A stretch of 60,183 nucleotides of DNA, counting the filler, from Candidatus Babelota bacterium (lineage in GTDB: Bacteria; JAGOBX01), in the NCBI GenBank assembly GCA_017999075.1. It is 6 parts of 6 records of this genome, joined end to end, with 100 filler letters (N's around TTAATTAATTAA, not from the genome) between each part and the next. Parts side by side here need not be neighbours in the genome. Positions count along the whole stretch, not along the records: positions 50,323 to 60,183 come from JAGOBX010000097.1; 5 more parts are not named here. One strand, 5' to 3'. Below are positions 50,323 to 60,183 of this stretch, in pieces (the stretch's first letter is position 1; each line of letters opens with the position of its first letter). The notes under the pieces were generated by a model, which had not been told where the DNA came from, searched no databases, and saw only the letters and a program-made list of their open reading frames with translations. A program made the position numbers and the translations under genes.

Positions 50323-52031
50323 ATATTTCCCAAATAATCAAGGTATTCGCTTGAAATAGTGGCTGTTCTTCCAAAAATATCTTCAAATCCGTAATATGTA
50401 TTCCATGTATATTTTATATGATATGCTGCATTAACTCTATATGAACTTATGTCAGTTTCCTTGTTTTTAATATATTCAGCAAAACTTGAATATGCTGTTA
50501 TCTCATTTTTTATATTCAATGAAAACGATAATAATTTCCAGTCAACACGCCACAAATCTGCAATTGTCAAAAAAAACAATATTATAAAAAAATATATTTT
50601 TCCATTTTTTTTATCGGAAAACATTTTCATTGTCAATATAACAGCAAAACTGATAATAAAAAAAAACAATAAACTTTCAGACATGATTGAAATACAATTT
50701 TCAGGAACTGAATTTTTTACAAAATGATTCAGCCACAAACTCCTATATCCTAAAGAATAAATTTTGTTATATGTAAGTTGAATAAAATTAATTGTCCCAT
50801 TTTTAAAAATATTAACTATCAAAAGAATTATTAAAGAACACAATGGAATCACAAAAAATATTTTAAAAAACCTGCGCAGTTTCAGATATTCCGAAATCCC
50901 TAAAGCTGCAGAAAAAATCAAAGCAAATGAAAAAATAGTCAATGCTCGAGTTGGAGCTCTGAAAATTCCAAATCCGGGAAGTTTCAATATATAAGCATAT
51001 AACGGGTTAAACTTGCCCAAACTCAAAAAAAATGAAAAAAACAATATAAATAAAAATATAAATTTATTTTTTTTATTGGTTAAAATAAAAAAATACAATG
51101 CAAAAATCAATACAGGTATTCCGCAATAACCTCCATAGTATGTTGTTGACGCTCCAAAAAAATTAAACTCCCTATCTCCGAAAAAATCAGCAAAAACAAA
51201 AGTCAAAATCTGATCAGGTTTTAATGACAAACCTGTTGAATACCTGAAACTCGAACCTTCAGCGCGAGGAGTGGTTTTTGCAAATTGCAGCGTGGGAAGC
51301 AGTTGAACACTTACGATTAAAAATGCAAGAATTCCTGACAAACAATAATATTTAAACTTAGAAATTTTCTCAGTTTTAACAAAAACCATATTATATATAA
51401 AAATCAGACCAAGAATTATATGCGTATAAAACACATACTGTAAATGTCCTGCTAAAATCTGCATGGATACAGTTAAAGCAAAAATAGAAGTATATCTCAA
51501 ATTTTTATATTCCATTAACTTTAAAAAACAATAAATTATTGCCGGCATCCAGCATAAAGTAGCAATTATTCCGTAATTTGCGTCTTTTAAAGCCTGTCCG
51601 AACATACCAGTAAACATAAACATTATTCCTGAAAGAATTGAAACATAAAAATCTCCTGTTATTTTCCAAATTAAAAAAAACATAAAAAAACCTGATAAAG
51701 CAAAATGAAATACAGTCAAATAATTAATTTGGAGTTCTACCGGAAGAAAATTAAAAATATAATACAGCGGATAGAAATTCTGCGATTGAATTTCAGCAAG
51801 AAACGATTCGCCTGAAAACCTGAATTTATCCCATAGCGGCATTTCAAAATTCGATATAATTTTCTGAGAAATAATTTTATTCGGAAAAAAAAGATCGCGG
51901 TTATCTTCATTAAAAAAATAAAAATCAAAAAAAATAAGTTTATAACAAAAAATTATTGAAACAAAAATATAAAAAAAAACAATTATGATAATTTTTTTTT
52001 TAATGGAAAAATTTAAATGCATTACACTCAA
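50323..52031 (-). CDS. YfhO-like GT-C membrane protein (truncated)
   Basis: PLWDKFRFSGESFLAEIQSQNFYP, LAGHLQ, VQLLPTL, FRAPTR. Confidence 0.75.
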
Positions 52032-53434
52032 TTTTTGATTTTTGATTTAAAAAATCTGATAAATGATATTCCAAGTTTAAAAAAATGAAGCGGATTGAAA
52101 AGTCCGGCAAATTTGAATGTTAATTTAAATAAATGAATCGGCCTTAAATAAAACTTTCTGTATGCTTTAGAAAATAATGCATTCAATTCTGTTCTGCTCA
52201 CTTCAGGCAATTCTATTACGGCATTTCCATATCTAAGAAACTTATCGAGTTCTTTTGTGGCGAACATAACGCCGTCTTTATTTTCAGCCTGGGTCCATAC
52301 TTCAGTTCCCGGCAAAGGCGTCAACAAACTGAATTGAGCAAGGTCAACTTTATTTTTTACTGCAAAATTAATAGTCTGATTAATAGAATCCTTCGTATCT
52401 CCCGGAAGACCTATCATTAAAAAACCATACACGATTATTTTATATGAATGAGCCCAATCTATAACCTGCCTGACTTTATCAAGTTTAATGCCTTTTTTAA
52501 TGTTTTTTAAAATCTCATTGTTTCCTGATTCAATCCCTATATGAATAATCTTACATCCGGTATCAGCCATAATTTTCAATAATTCAGAATCTACCGTGTT
52601 TATATGAGTATTGCACGTCCATTTAAATTTGTATTTGTTGGAAGCAAGTTTTGAACAAAGCTCTACAACCCTGTCTTTTCTCAAAGTAAATGTATCGTCC
52701 CAAAAAGAAAATTTCTTAAATCCGTAATGTTCATACAAATAATTCATTTCTTCTACAATATTTTCCGCACTTCTAAATCTGTATATGCCTTTATCAATAA
52801 TTTTTGATGCGCAAAAAGTACATTGAAACGGACATCCTCTGCCTGAAATGATCCCCATTGATTTACCAAAATAAAATGAACTGTATCGATCCATTGCCAA
52901 CTGTTCATATAAAGGAAACGGAAATTTATCAAGATTATATTCTATTTCACGATCACCGGTAAAATACGTATTTTTTTCATTTTTGTAATAAATCCCTTTT
53001 ATTGAATCAAGTTTTATTCCTGAACAAATTTCAAGCATAGTTATTTCACCGTCGCCTACTGCAACTATATCAATTTCCGGATAGCTTATAGTTTCTTCAG
53101 GTAAACTAGTAGGGTGCGGACCTCCGAAAACGACTTTAATTTTATTGTCGACTTTTTTTATAATTTTTGCAATTGCAAGAGCAGCGCTGAATTGAGGTGA
53201 TGTAGAACCTATGCCTATAATTTCAGGATTTTCTTTTTCAATAATATCTCTGATTTGATTAAGGTTATCTATTTCAAACATCAAATCATATATGCGGACA
53301 TCTATTCCCTGTGATTTCAGATATGCCCCTATGTAACCTATGCCTGTCGGAGGTATTCCCCATCCGATTTTTTTTATGTTCAATCCTCCGTAAGTATCAA
53401 TATACGGAGGAGAAAATAACAATACTTTAGCCAT
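52028..53434 (-). CDS. Cobalamin-binding radical SAM protein (start at MAKV)
   Basis: GGPHPT, GDGE, RGCPFQCTFC, GIESG, PLPGT. Confidence 0.9.
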   Translation of the reverse strand: MAKVLLFSPPYIDTYGGLNIKKIGWGIPPTGIGYIGAYLKSQGIDVRIYDLMFEIDNLNQIRDIIEKENPEIIGIGSTSPQFSAALAIAKIIKKVDNKIKVVFGGPHPTSLPEETISYPEIDIVAVGDGEITMLEICSGIKLDSIKGIYYKNEKNTYFTGDREIEYNLDKFPFPLYEQLAMDRYSSFYFGKSMGIISGRGCPFQCTFCASKIIDKGIYRFRSAENIVEEMNYLYEHYGFKKFSFWDDTFTLRKDRVVELCSKLASNKYKFKWTCNTHINTVDSELLKIMADTGCKIIHIGIESGNNEILKNIKKGIKLDKVRQVIDWAHSYKIIVYGFLMIGLPGDTKDSINQTINFAVKNKVDLAQFSLLTPLPGTEVWTQAENKDGVMFATKELDKFLRYGNAVIELPEVSRTELNALFSKAYRKFYLRPIHLFKLTFKFAGLFNPLHFFKLGISFIRFFKSKIKN

Positions 53435-54980
53435 ATATTTTTTTCCCGAAAAATATTTTATTGACCAATTTTTCCAACGTTTCAATCTCAAACGGTTTTT
53501 TCAAATATGCAGAATATTTCAAATTTTTTATTACTTTGACAGTTGATTCGTTTTGTCCTGATATAAAAACTACAGGCAAATCAGGTCTGATTTTTTTTAT
53601 CATATCAAACAACCTGTCACCTTTTAATTTAGGCATGAATATATCAAGAAAAACCAAATCATATTTATTTAACTTTATCAGTTTTTCAAGGTTTTTTGAA
53701 TTTTCAACACAATCACAATTATTGTATCCAAGTTTCAAAAACATTTTTTTCATTAATGAAAGTATTTCCAATTCGTCATCTATAACAAGTATTTTAAAAT
53801 CATAACAATGATTTTTCCCCAGAACTTCAGGTTCTTTTTTTTCAACTTTTTTAATATTTTCATTATACACAGGTATTTCTATTGTAAAACTCGAACCTAT
53901 TCCAGGTTTGCTTTCAATTTTTATATTTCCATTATGATTCTTTATTATAGAATAAGATATGGTTAGTCCCAGTCCTGAACCTTTTAATCCCAGCTCATCT
54001 TTAGTATGAGCTCCTTTAGTTGTGAAAAACGGATTAAAAATATTTTTTTTTATTTCATCATCCATCCCTATTCCATCATCTGAAATTTTAATCACAATAA
54101 TATCATTTTCATCTTTAATCGATATTGAAATTTTTCCTTTATTCTTTGGTAAAATAGCATGGCGGGCATTTATTATTATATTCAAAAAAACCTGTTGTAT
54201 CTGATCAAAATCAACATACGCTTTATTCTTTGACTTATAAACTTTACTTATTTTTATATTTTCAAGTTCAAAATTATTTTTCTGGATTTCAATAACTTTA
54301 TCCATTATATCTGAAACATTAAACAATTCTTTTTTTAAAGGTTTAACTGTTGCAAACCTAAGCATATCATTTACAATTACAGAAGCGCGTTTTGCCTGTT
54401 CCTCAATAATTTTTAACACTCCTATCATTTCCTGCTTAGTAGATTCATATTTCAAAGTTACCTGAACATTCCCGTAAATTATTGCAAGTATATTATTAAA
54501 CTCATGGGCAACTCCTGCAGCAAGCTGGCCAACTGCAGCTATTTTTTCCGAATGAATAAGCTGCTGTTCAAGTTTTTTTAATTCAGATATATTTCTGATA
54601 AATAATTGTATTATTCCGTTATTTTCAGATGAAACAAGTTTTGAACTTACGCTTATCGGAAGCAGCATTTGTTTTTTGGTTACCAGATATGAATGATATA
54701 ACATTGAAATATCTCTTTTCAGTTTATCATTCAAAATATGAAACGGCTCATCAAAACATATTATCTGTTTAAGTTTCATCCTGCCAATTTCTTCTTTAGA
54801 ATAACCTGTCATTGAACATAGATTTTTATTAAATTCAATGATTTTCCCATTAAAATCATGGATAATTATAGCTTCATTAACATTATCTACTATAGTTTTA
54901 TATTTTTTTTCGCTTTCTTTCAATCTTTCAGTCAAATAAATTAATTTTTTATAATGTTTAATTGTTTTTTTTTCCATCAC
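53427..54980 (-). CDS. PAS-domain hybrid sensor histidine kinase with receiver domain
   Basis: AHEFNNIL H-box, DDGIGM, PFFTTK, GSGLGL; receiver ILVIDDE, LDIFMP, KPF. Confidence 0.93.
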   Translation of the reverse strand: MMEKKTIKHYKKLIYLTERLKESEKKYKTIVDNVNEAIIIHDFNGKIIEFNKNLCSMTGYSKEEIGRMKLKQIICFDEPFHILNDKLKRDISMLYHSYLVTKKQMLLPISVSSKLVSSENNGIIQLFIRNISELKKLEQQLIHSEKIAAVGQLAAGVAHEFNNILAIIYGNVQVTLKYESTKQEMIGVLKIIEEQAKRASVIVNDMLRFATVKPLKKELFNVSDIMDKVIEIQKNNFELENIKISKVYKSKNKAYVDFDQIQQVFLNIIINARHAILPKNKGKISISIKDENDIIVIKISDDGIGMDDEIKKNIFNPFFTTKGAHTKDELGLKGSGLGLTISYSIIKNHNGNIKIESKPGIGSSFTIEIPVYNENIKKVEKKEPEVLGKNHCYDFKILVIDDELEILSLMKKMFLKLGYNNCDCVENSKNLEKLIKLNKYDLVFLDIFMPKLKGDRLFDMIKKIRPDLPVVFISGQNESTVKVIKNLKYSAYLKKPFEIETLEKLVNKIFFGKKIYG

Positions 54981-55041
54981 ATTATACTCATTAAATTTCG
55001 AAAAAAATATATCATATCAACACGAAAAATGCATTATATTT

Positions 55042-56139
55042 TTAATCTACCATATTTTTAACGTAATCAGCTATAGACAAAGAAGCTGTTAATCCTGGAG
55101 ATTCTATCCCAATAAGATTAATTAATCCTGAAACCTCTCCTTCTTCTTTTTTTATAATGAAATCTTTAATTCCCTTACCATTGATTTTCGGCCGTATCCC
55201 GGCGCAGTCCGGAATAAAATTTTTTTCTTCAAGCCCTGAAATAAGTTTGGAAGCCGAAGAAAAAAATATATTTTTTTTATCAGGATTCACATCATAATTT
55301 ATTATTTCAATAAATTCTGTATCTGGACCAAATCTTAGTCTGCCGCCCAAATCTACCGTAGCATGAACACCAAGCCCTGTTAAATGCTCAGCAGGCGCAG
55401 GATAAACTAAAATTTTAACAGGCGATGATTTTGAATAACTGAAATAACTTCCTTTACAATACCTTAGTTTATATTCTTTTTCAACAACATCAATTCCGGC
55501 AAGCTCGGCAATTCTATCAGAATTTAATCCTGCGCAATTAATTAAAAACCTCGTTTTAAATCTGTATTCCGAATCATTTTTCGAACCTATTATAAAACCA
55601 AAATTATTTTTTTCTATATAGTCAACTTCTGCCCCGAAAACGAATGTTACTCCTGATTCTTCAGCTTTATAATACAATTTTTTCATATAAGAATGCGAAT
55701 CAAAAATACCTGTATTTTTTAAATGAATAGCAAAAATTCCTTTAACAAAAGGTTCAATTTTTTCAATATAACCTGAATCCACAATGTTTATATTTTCAAC
55801 TCCATTCTTTTTCCCTGTGTCATATAATTTTTCTATAACCGGAATTTCATTTTTGTCTGAAGCTGCTATAAGTTTTCCCGTTTCCAAAAAATCAACATTA
55901 TTTTTTTTAAGGAACTCGTAAAGTTTTTGCGCGCCTTCAACACAAAGTTTTGCTTTTAAAGAACCTGTCGGATAATATATTCCGGAATGAATTACTTCAC
56001 TGTTCCTGCTGCTTGTTTCCTGTCCGAACTTTTCATTTTTTTCGATAACGATTATGTTGTCATATTTTTCGCTTAATACTGCTGCTACGGCAAGTCCTAC
56101 AGCTCCAGCTCCAATAACCGTAATATTCACTTCATCCAT
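55042..56139 (-). CDS. FAD-dependent oxidoreductase, L-2-hydroxyglutarate oxidase (LhgO) family
   Basis: GAGAVG, TSSRNSEVIHSGIYY, GLGVH, GIESPGLTAS. Confidence 0.88.
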   Translation of the reverse strand: MDEVNITVIGAGAVGLAVAAVLSEKYDNIIVIEKNEKFGQETSSRNSEVIHSGIYYPTGSLKAKLCVEGAQKLYEFLKKNNVDFLETGKLIAASDKNEIPVIEKLYDTGKKNGVENINIVDSGYIEKIEPFVKGIFAIHLKNTGIFDSHSYMKKLYYKAEESGVTFVFGAEVDYIEKNNFGFIIGSKNDSEYRFKTRFLINCAGLNSDRIAELAGIDVVEKEYKLRYCKGSYFSYSKSSPVKILVYPAPAEHLTGLGVHATVDLGGRLRFGPDTEFIEIINYDVNPDKKNIFFSSASKLISGLEEKNFIPDCAGIRPKINGKGIKDFIIKKEEGEVSGLINLIGIESPGLTASLSIADYVKNMVD

Positions 56140-56177
56140 AATTATTATTCCATAACTCCGATTTTAAAATCTTATTT

Positions 56178-58085
56178 TCAATCAAAAAATTTTCTAAACC
56201 ACAATTCTAAACATAACAGATTCCATAACCTGTATCCATGTTCTTCTTTAGCGTCAAAATGCATTTTTTTCATCAGTTCAACTTCATTTTTTTTTAAAAT
56301 ATTACGTTCATAAAATCTATCTGAAATAATATCATTCAAATAATTTTTCAAATCTGTTCTGAACCATTCGGATATCGGAACAGTAAATCCCATTTTTTCT
56401 CGGTTTATAAGGTTTGAGGGAATATAATCTTTAAATGTTTCTTTTAAAATATATTTCGGGGTTTTTCCTTTAAGTTTTAAATTGGACGGTATTGAAGAAG
56501 CAAATTCCACAAACAAATGATCCATAAACGGCGCTCTGCATTCAAGAGATACCGCCATTGATGCTATATCTACTTTAGTCATAATGTCATCAGGAAGATA
56601 CGTGTTCAAATCCGTATAAAGCAATCTGTCAATATTATCGATAAAATTTTCATCTGCGTTTTTTATGTTTTCGTTCAACCCGAAAAAATAATTTTCAATC
56701 AATTTTTTCGAATCAGAATTTTTGATTTTACTTGAAAATGTCTCTGTATAAAATTTTTGTTTGGAGGTGGTGTTGAAATCTTCTATCATAGGCAAATACC
56801 TGTCTATTTTATTGTTTCCAATCGCTTCTACAAGCCTGTAAAACTTATTATATTTTGTCTGCTGTTTAGAAGAACTCGGAATAATTTTCAATATTTTATC
56901 ACAAATAAATTTTCTTGAATTTTCAGGAATAAATTCAAACATAGAACCAAGTTTAAATCCCAAATATCTTAAGTATCCGGCAAAATTTTCATCTCCTGCA
57001 TCGCCGCTTAATGCCACTGTAACATATTTCCTTGTTTCCCGGGAAAGATAATAAGTAGGGAGCATTGAAGGATCAGCAAAAGGTTCATTATAATGCCACA
57101 CAAGTTTTTCCAAATCATTAATTATATCTGATTTAACTATAAAAGTATGATGGTCGGTTTTAAATTTCTCCGCTACCTGCTGGGCAAAATGACTTTCATT
57201 AAATCTTTTTTCTTCAAATCCTATAGAAAATGTTTTGATGGGAACTGAACTAAGTTCGCTCATCAATCCTACTATGATATTACTGTCAATTCCGCCTGAT
57301 AAAAATGCACCTAACGGAACATCCGATATCATTCTTAACTTTACCGATTCTGTAAGAATCCGTTTAATTTCTGATTTTATAAAAGTTATATCATTTATTT
57401 TTTCTGTTTTAAACCAATTATTCCAATATTTTTCAATATGAACTTTTCCATCTTTAAATAATAAAAAATGACCATGCGGCAATTTTTTTACATCTTCAAA
57501 AGCCGAATAAGGATGCGGAACATATTTAAATGATAAATAATGATGGATCGCAGTATAATCGGGTTTTTTTATAAATCTCCCATCCTGCAAAATAGATTTA
57601 ATTTCAGAAGCAAAATAAAATATTCCGTTCTGCAAAGAATAATATAACGGTTTTTTTCCAAGTCTGTCTCGCGCTGCGAATAAAAGTTTTTTTTTAAAAT
57701 CATACAAAACAAATGCAAACATTCCACGTAAATGTTGAATGCAGTTTGTTCCGTATTCTTCATACATTTTCAACAAAACTTCAGTATCGCAGTTTGAAAC
57801 AAATTTGTGACCCTTGATTTCAAGGTACTTACGCAGTTCTGGAAAATTATATATTTCTCCGTTAAAAACAAGAATTTTTTCTTTATCCTGACTTAAAAAC
57901 GGCTGATGTCCTGCATCTGACAAATCAAGTATACTTAATCTTCTGTGTCCGAATCCTATATTGTCTCTGATATAAATTCCCGAATCGTCAGGACCTCTGT
58001 GTTCAATCACATCCGTCATTCTAATCAGCATTTGTTTATCCGGATGTTTTCCATTATGTTCAATGATTCCGCAAATTCCGCACAT
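56178..58085 (-). CDS. asnB: Asparagine synthase (glutamine-hydrolysing) family amidotransferase
   Basis: MCGIC start, HRGPD, RRLSILDL, FNGEIYN, LSGGIDS, K..KMGF. Confidence 0.93.
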   Translation of the reverse strand: MCGICGIIEHNGKHPDKQMLIRMTDVIEHRGPDDSGIYIRDNIGFGHRRLSILDLSDAGHQPFLSQDKEKILVFNGEIYNFPELRKYLEIKGHKFVSNCDTEVLLKMYEEYGTNCIQHLRGMFAFVLYDFKKKLLFAARDRLGKKPLYYSLQNGIFYFASEIKSILQDGRFIKKPDYTAIHHYLSFKYVPHPYSAFEDVKKLPHGHFLLFKDGKVHIEKYWNNWFKTEKINDITFIKSEIKRILTESVKLRMISDVPLGAFLSGGIDSNIIVGLMSELSSVPIKTFSIGFEEKRFNESHFAQQVAEKFKTDHHTFIVKSDIINDLEKLVWHYNEPFADPSMLPTYYLSRETRKYVTVALSGDAGDENFAGYLRYLGFKLGSMFEFIPENSRKFICDKILKIIPSSSKQQTKYNKFYRLVEAIGNNKIDRYLPMIEDFNTTSKQKFYTETFSSKIKNSDSKKLIENYFFGLNENIKNADENFIDNIDRLLYTDLNTYLPDDIMTKVDIASMAVSLECRAPFMDHLFVEFASSIPSNLKLKGKTPKYILKETFKDYIPSNLINREKMGFTVPISEWFRTDLKNYLNDIISDRFYERNILKKNEVELMKKMHFDAKEEHGYRLWNLLCLELWFRKFFD

Positions 58086-58216
58086 ATAAATTATAAACAA
58101 TAAAACATTAAATTTTAATTTACTTTTTTTAATTATAATTATTATTCAAAAAAAAATAACTAAATATTTTTCATAAATAAAATAAATGATCAAAAAACGA
58201 TTAAAAAATTGTTATA

Positions 58217-58245
58217 TTGACATTTACAATCAATTTTTATATTAT
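58217..58245 (+). promoter_or_regulatory. Sigma70 promoter for the aroA'/aroB' operon
   Basis: TTGACA 58217-58222, 17 bp, TATTAT 58240-58245. Confidence 0.5.
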
Positions 58246-58376
58246 ATAGTTATATAAAATGTTTTTGCATTTTCAGAAATCGACGTTTCTCAATTTTTTA
58301 TTTAACATAAAAAATAAATCTGAATCTGTATAAAAATATTTTTTAATATTCAGCACATTGCTGAAGGGGGAAAAAA

Positions 58377-59168
58377 ATGATAGGAAAAAATATAAGATTG
58401 GAGCGAATCATAGATAGAAATACAGGCAAATCTGTTATAATACCTATGGATCATGGTTTTTCAGTGGGCCCGATTAAAGGCCTTGAAGATATGAAAACAA
58501 CGATTAATTCAATTGCAGCAGGCGGAGCTAACGCGATCATACTTCATAAAGGAATAATAATGAATGGCCATAGAAGACGCGGCAAAGACATAGGTTTAAT
58601 TATACATTTGTCAGGAAGCACTTCAATAAGTTCAGATCCCAATGCAAAAGTATTAGTATGTTCTGTTGAAGAAGCTGTGCGTCTTGGTTCGGACTGTGTT
58701 TCAATACACATAAATCTCGGCGCTGAAACCGAAACAAAAATGCTTGAAGATTTTGGGTTTATATCAAAAAAATGTATGGAGTGGGGAATGCCGCTGCTTG
58801 CAATGATGTACACACGCGGAAAAAATATAAAAAAAGAAAATGATGCGGATATAGTTAAGCATGCAGCTCGCGTAGCAGCCGAAGTCGGAGCAGATATTGT
58901 TAAAGTTTCTTACACCGGAAGCGAATCAAGTTTTAAAAAAGTAATTAAAGGATGTCCGATTCCTGTGATGATTGCAGGCGGAGAATTTATAGAAAGCGAA
59001 AAAGAATTTCTTGAACTTATAAATTCATCTATAAAAGCAGGAGCAGCAGGCGTTACAATAGGCAGAAATGCTTTTGCTCATAAAACTCCGGAAAAAATGG
59101 TAAGGGCAATAACATCAATAGTTCATCAGAAAAAATCCGTTAAAGAAGCCCTGCAATATCTGAATTAA
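58377..59168 (+). CDS. 2-amino-3,7-dideoxy-D-threo-hept-6-ulosonate synthase (class I aldolase, AroA' type)
   Basis: IPMDHG, LIIHLSGST, MPLLAMMY, GADIVKVSY, AGG, GRN; adjacent to DHQ synthase II. Confidence 0.88.
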   Translation: MIGKNIRLERIIDRNTGKSVIIPMDHGFSVGPIKGLEDMKTTINSIAAGGANAIILHKGIIMNGHRRRGKDIGLIIHLSGSTSISSDPNAKVLVCSVEEAVRLGSDCVSIHINLGAETETKMLEDFGFISKKCMEWGMPLLAMMYTRGKNIKKENDADIVKHAARVAAEVGADIVKVSYTGSESSFKKVIKGCPIPVMIAGGEFIESEKEFLELINSSIKAGAAGVTIGRNAFAHKTPEKMVRAITSIVHQKKSVKEALQYLN

Positions 59169-59194
59169 ATTTTTTTTACATTGAGAGAAAAGAA

Positions 59195-60183
59195 ATGAAA
59201 AAAATAATTTTAAAACTCACAGAAAAATGGAATAAAAATTTAGCTACATTTGCAATAGAAAAAGGAATAACTTCATTTTTAACAAATGCGGAAAACGCTG
59301 TTAAACTAAAAGAATTAGCAAAACTTGAAATCATTGGCGATTTCAACGGCGCAGACAAAATCATAGGAAAAGATTGCGAATACCTGATAATTAAAGATAA
59401 ATCGGACGAAATCAAAGCCGTTGAAACAGCCCGCCAGAAACCTGTTATAATCAAATTGTCAAATTGGAAAGTCATACCTATAGAAAACATTATAGCTCAG
59501 ACTGATAACATAATAGTTGAAATAGATTCATTTGAAGAAGCAAAATTATGTTCAGGAATTCTTGAAAAAGGCGTAAAATCATTTGTTGTTGAAACAAAAG
59601 ATTTAAACGAACTTTCTGAAATAACAAATTATTTTCACAGTTCAGAACCTGTAATTTCTCTTATTGATGCCGAAATAGTTTCAATAAAACATCTTCCTGT
59701 AACAGACAGAGTATGTATAGATTCATGCAATTTAATGAGTTATGGGGAAGGTTTTTTAATCGGTTCATCAAGCCAATGTTTATTTTTAACCCACTCAGAA
59801 TCAATAGAAAATCCTTATGTGGCTGCAAGACCATTCAGGGTAAATGCAGGCGCTGTTCATTCATATATAATGATTCCCGGCAATAAAACCAAATATCTGT
59901 CCGAAATAAAAGCAGGCGACGAATTATTAACTGTATCGTTCGACGGAAAAACAAAACTTAATGTTACAGGAAGAGTTAAAATAGAAAAAAGACCTATGCT
60001 TCTTGTTAAAGCAAAATATCAAGACAATGAATTTTCTGTTGTTTTGCAAAACGCTGAAACTGTAAATTTAACGTCTTCGGAAGGAAAACCTGTTTCAGTT
60101 TCAAAATTAAAACAAGGTGATAAAGTAAAATGCTATGTGGAAAATTCTGGAAGACATTTCGGAATGAGTATAAATGAAACTAT
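59195..60183 (+). CDS. 3-dehydroquinate synthase II (AroB' type), runs off the window edge
   Basis: Not in the ORF track. Manual translation: [53 protein letters not shown]. Confidence 0.92.
   Translation, partial: MKKIILKLTEKWNKNLATFAIEKGITSFLTNAENAVKLKELAKLEIIGDFNGADKIIGKDCEYLIIKDKSDEIKAVETARQKPVIIKLSNWKVIPIENIIAQTDNIIVEIDSFEEAKLCSGILEKGVKSFVVETKDLNELSEITNYFHSSEPVISLIDAEIVSIKHLPVTDRVCIDSCNLMSYGEGFLIGSSSQCLFLTHSESIENPYVAARPFRVNAGAVHSYIMIPGNKTKYLSEIKAGDELLTVSFDGKTKLNVTGRVKIEKRPMLLVKAKYQDNEFSVVLQNAETVNLTSSEGKPVSVSKLKQGDKVKCYVENSGRHFGMSINET

Noticed and set aside
59176-59490. 104-aa minus-strand ORF
   Set aside because: Antisense to DHQ synthase II, which the track missed because it lacks a stop in the window.

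Overview
AT-rich bacterial draft or metagenome-assembled sequence. It is six ~10-kb contigs joined by artificial N-TTAATTAATTAA-N linkers (9995-10094, 20089-20188, 30180-30279, 40215-40314, 50223-50322), plus one 50-N scaffold gap (14586-14635), so adjacency across linkers is not biological. The organism looks diderm (TolC, lipid A acyltransferase, GT9). Contig 1 holds a pnp 5' end, two accessory genes and a defence operon: half-size hsdS, hsdM, DUF1016/YhcG nuclease, hsdS, GxxExxY nuclease and an Avs/STAND NTPase. This operon is the most striking part of the window. Every gene junction from hsdM onward carries modular repeats: ~10-bp-phased CACGAAC triads with inverted GTTMGTG triads, 7-bp GTTRARA tracts, abandoned hsdS start stubs and orphan palindromes. 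The DUF1016 gene contains four 27-bp palindromes at an exact 36-bp period with compensatory changes, and the 7-bp tract also sits inside the hsdS inter-TRD linker. I read this as a candidate repeat-delimited cassette or shuffling system with no recombinase visible; the mechanism is inference only. Other contigs: flotillin/NfeD, alpha-amylase, htpX, apgM, batDE; ECF sigma with TolC/MacA/ATPase and glycosyltransferases; an unusual nucleotide-sugar cluster; orphan ftsA, a BMC-type flavoprotein-DeoC fusion with eutN, a NusG paralog, feoAB; radical SAM, hybrid kinase, lhgO-like, asnB and archaeal-type aroA'/aroB'. A ~110-bp MITE-like element occurs four times on three contigs. All calls are by eye from motifs; no database searches were run.
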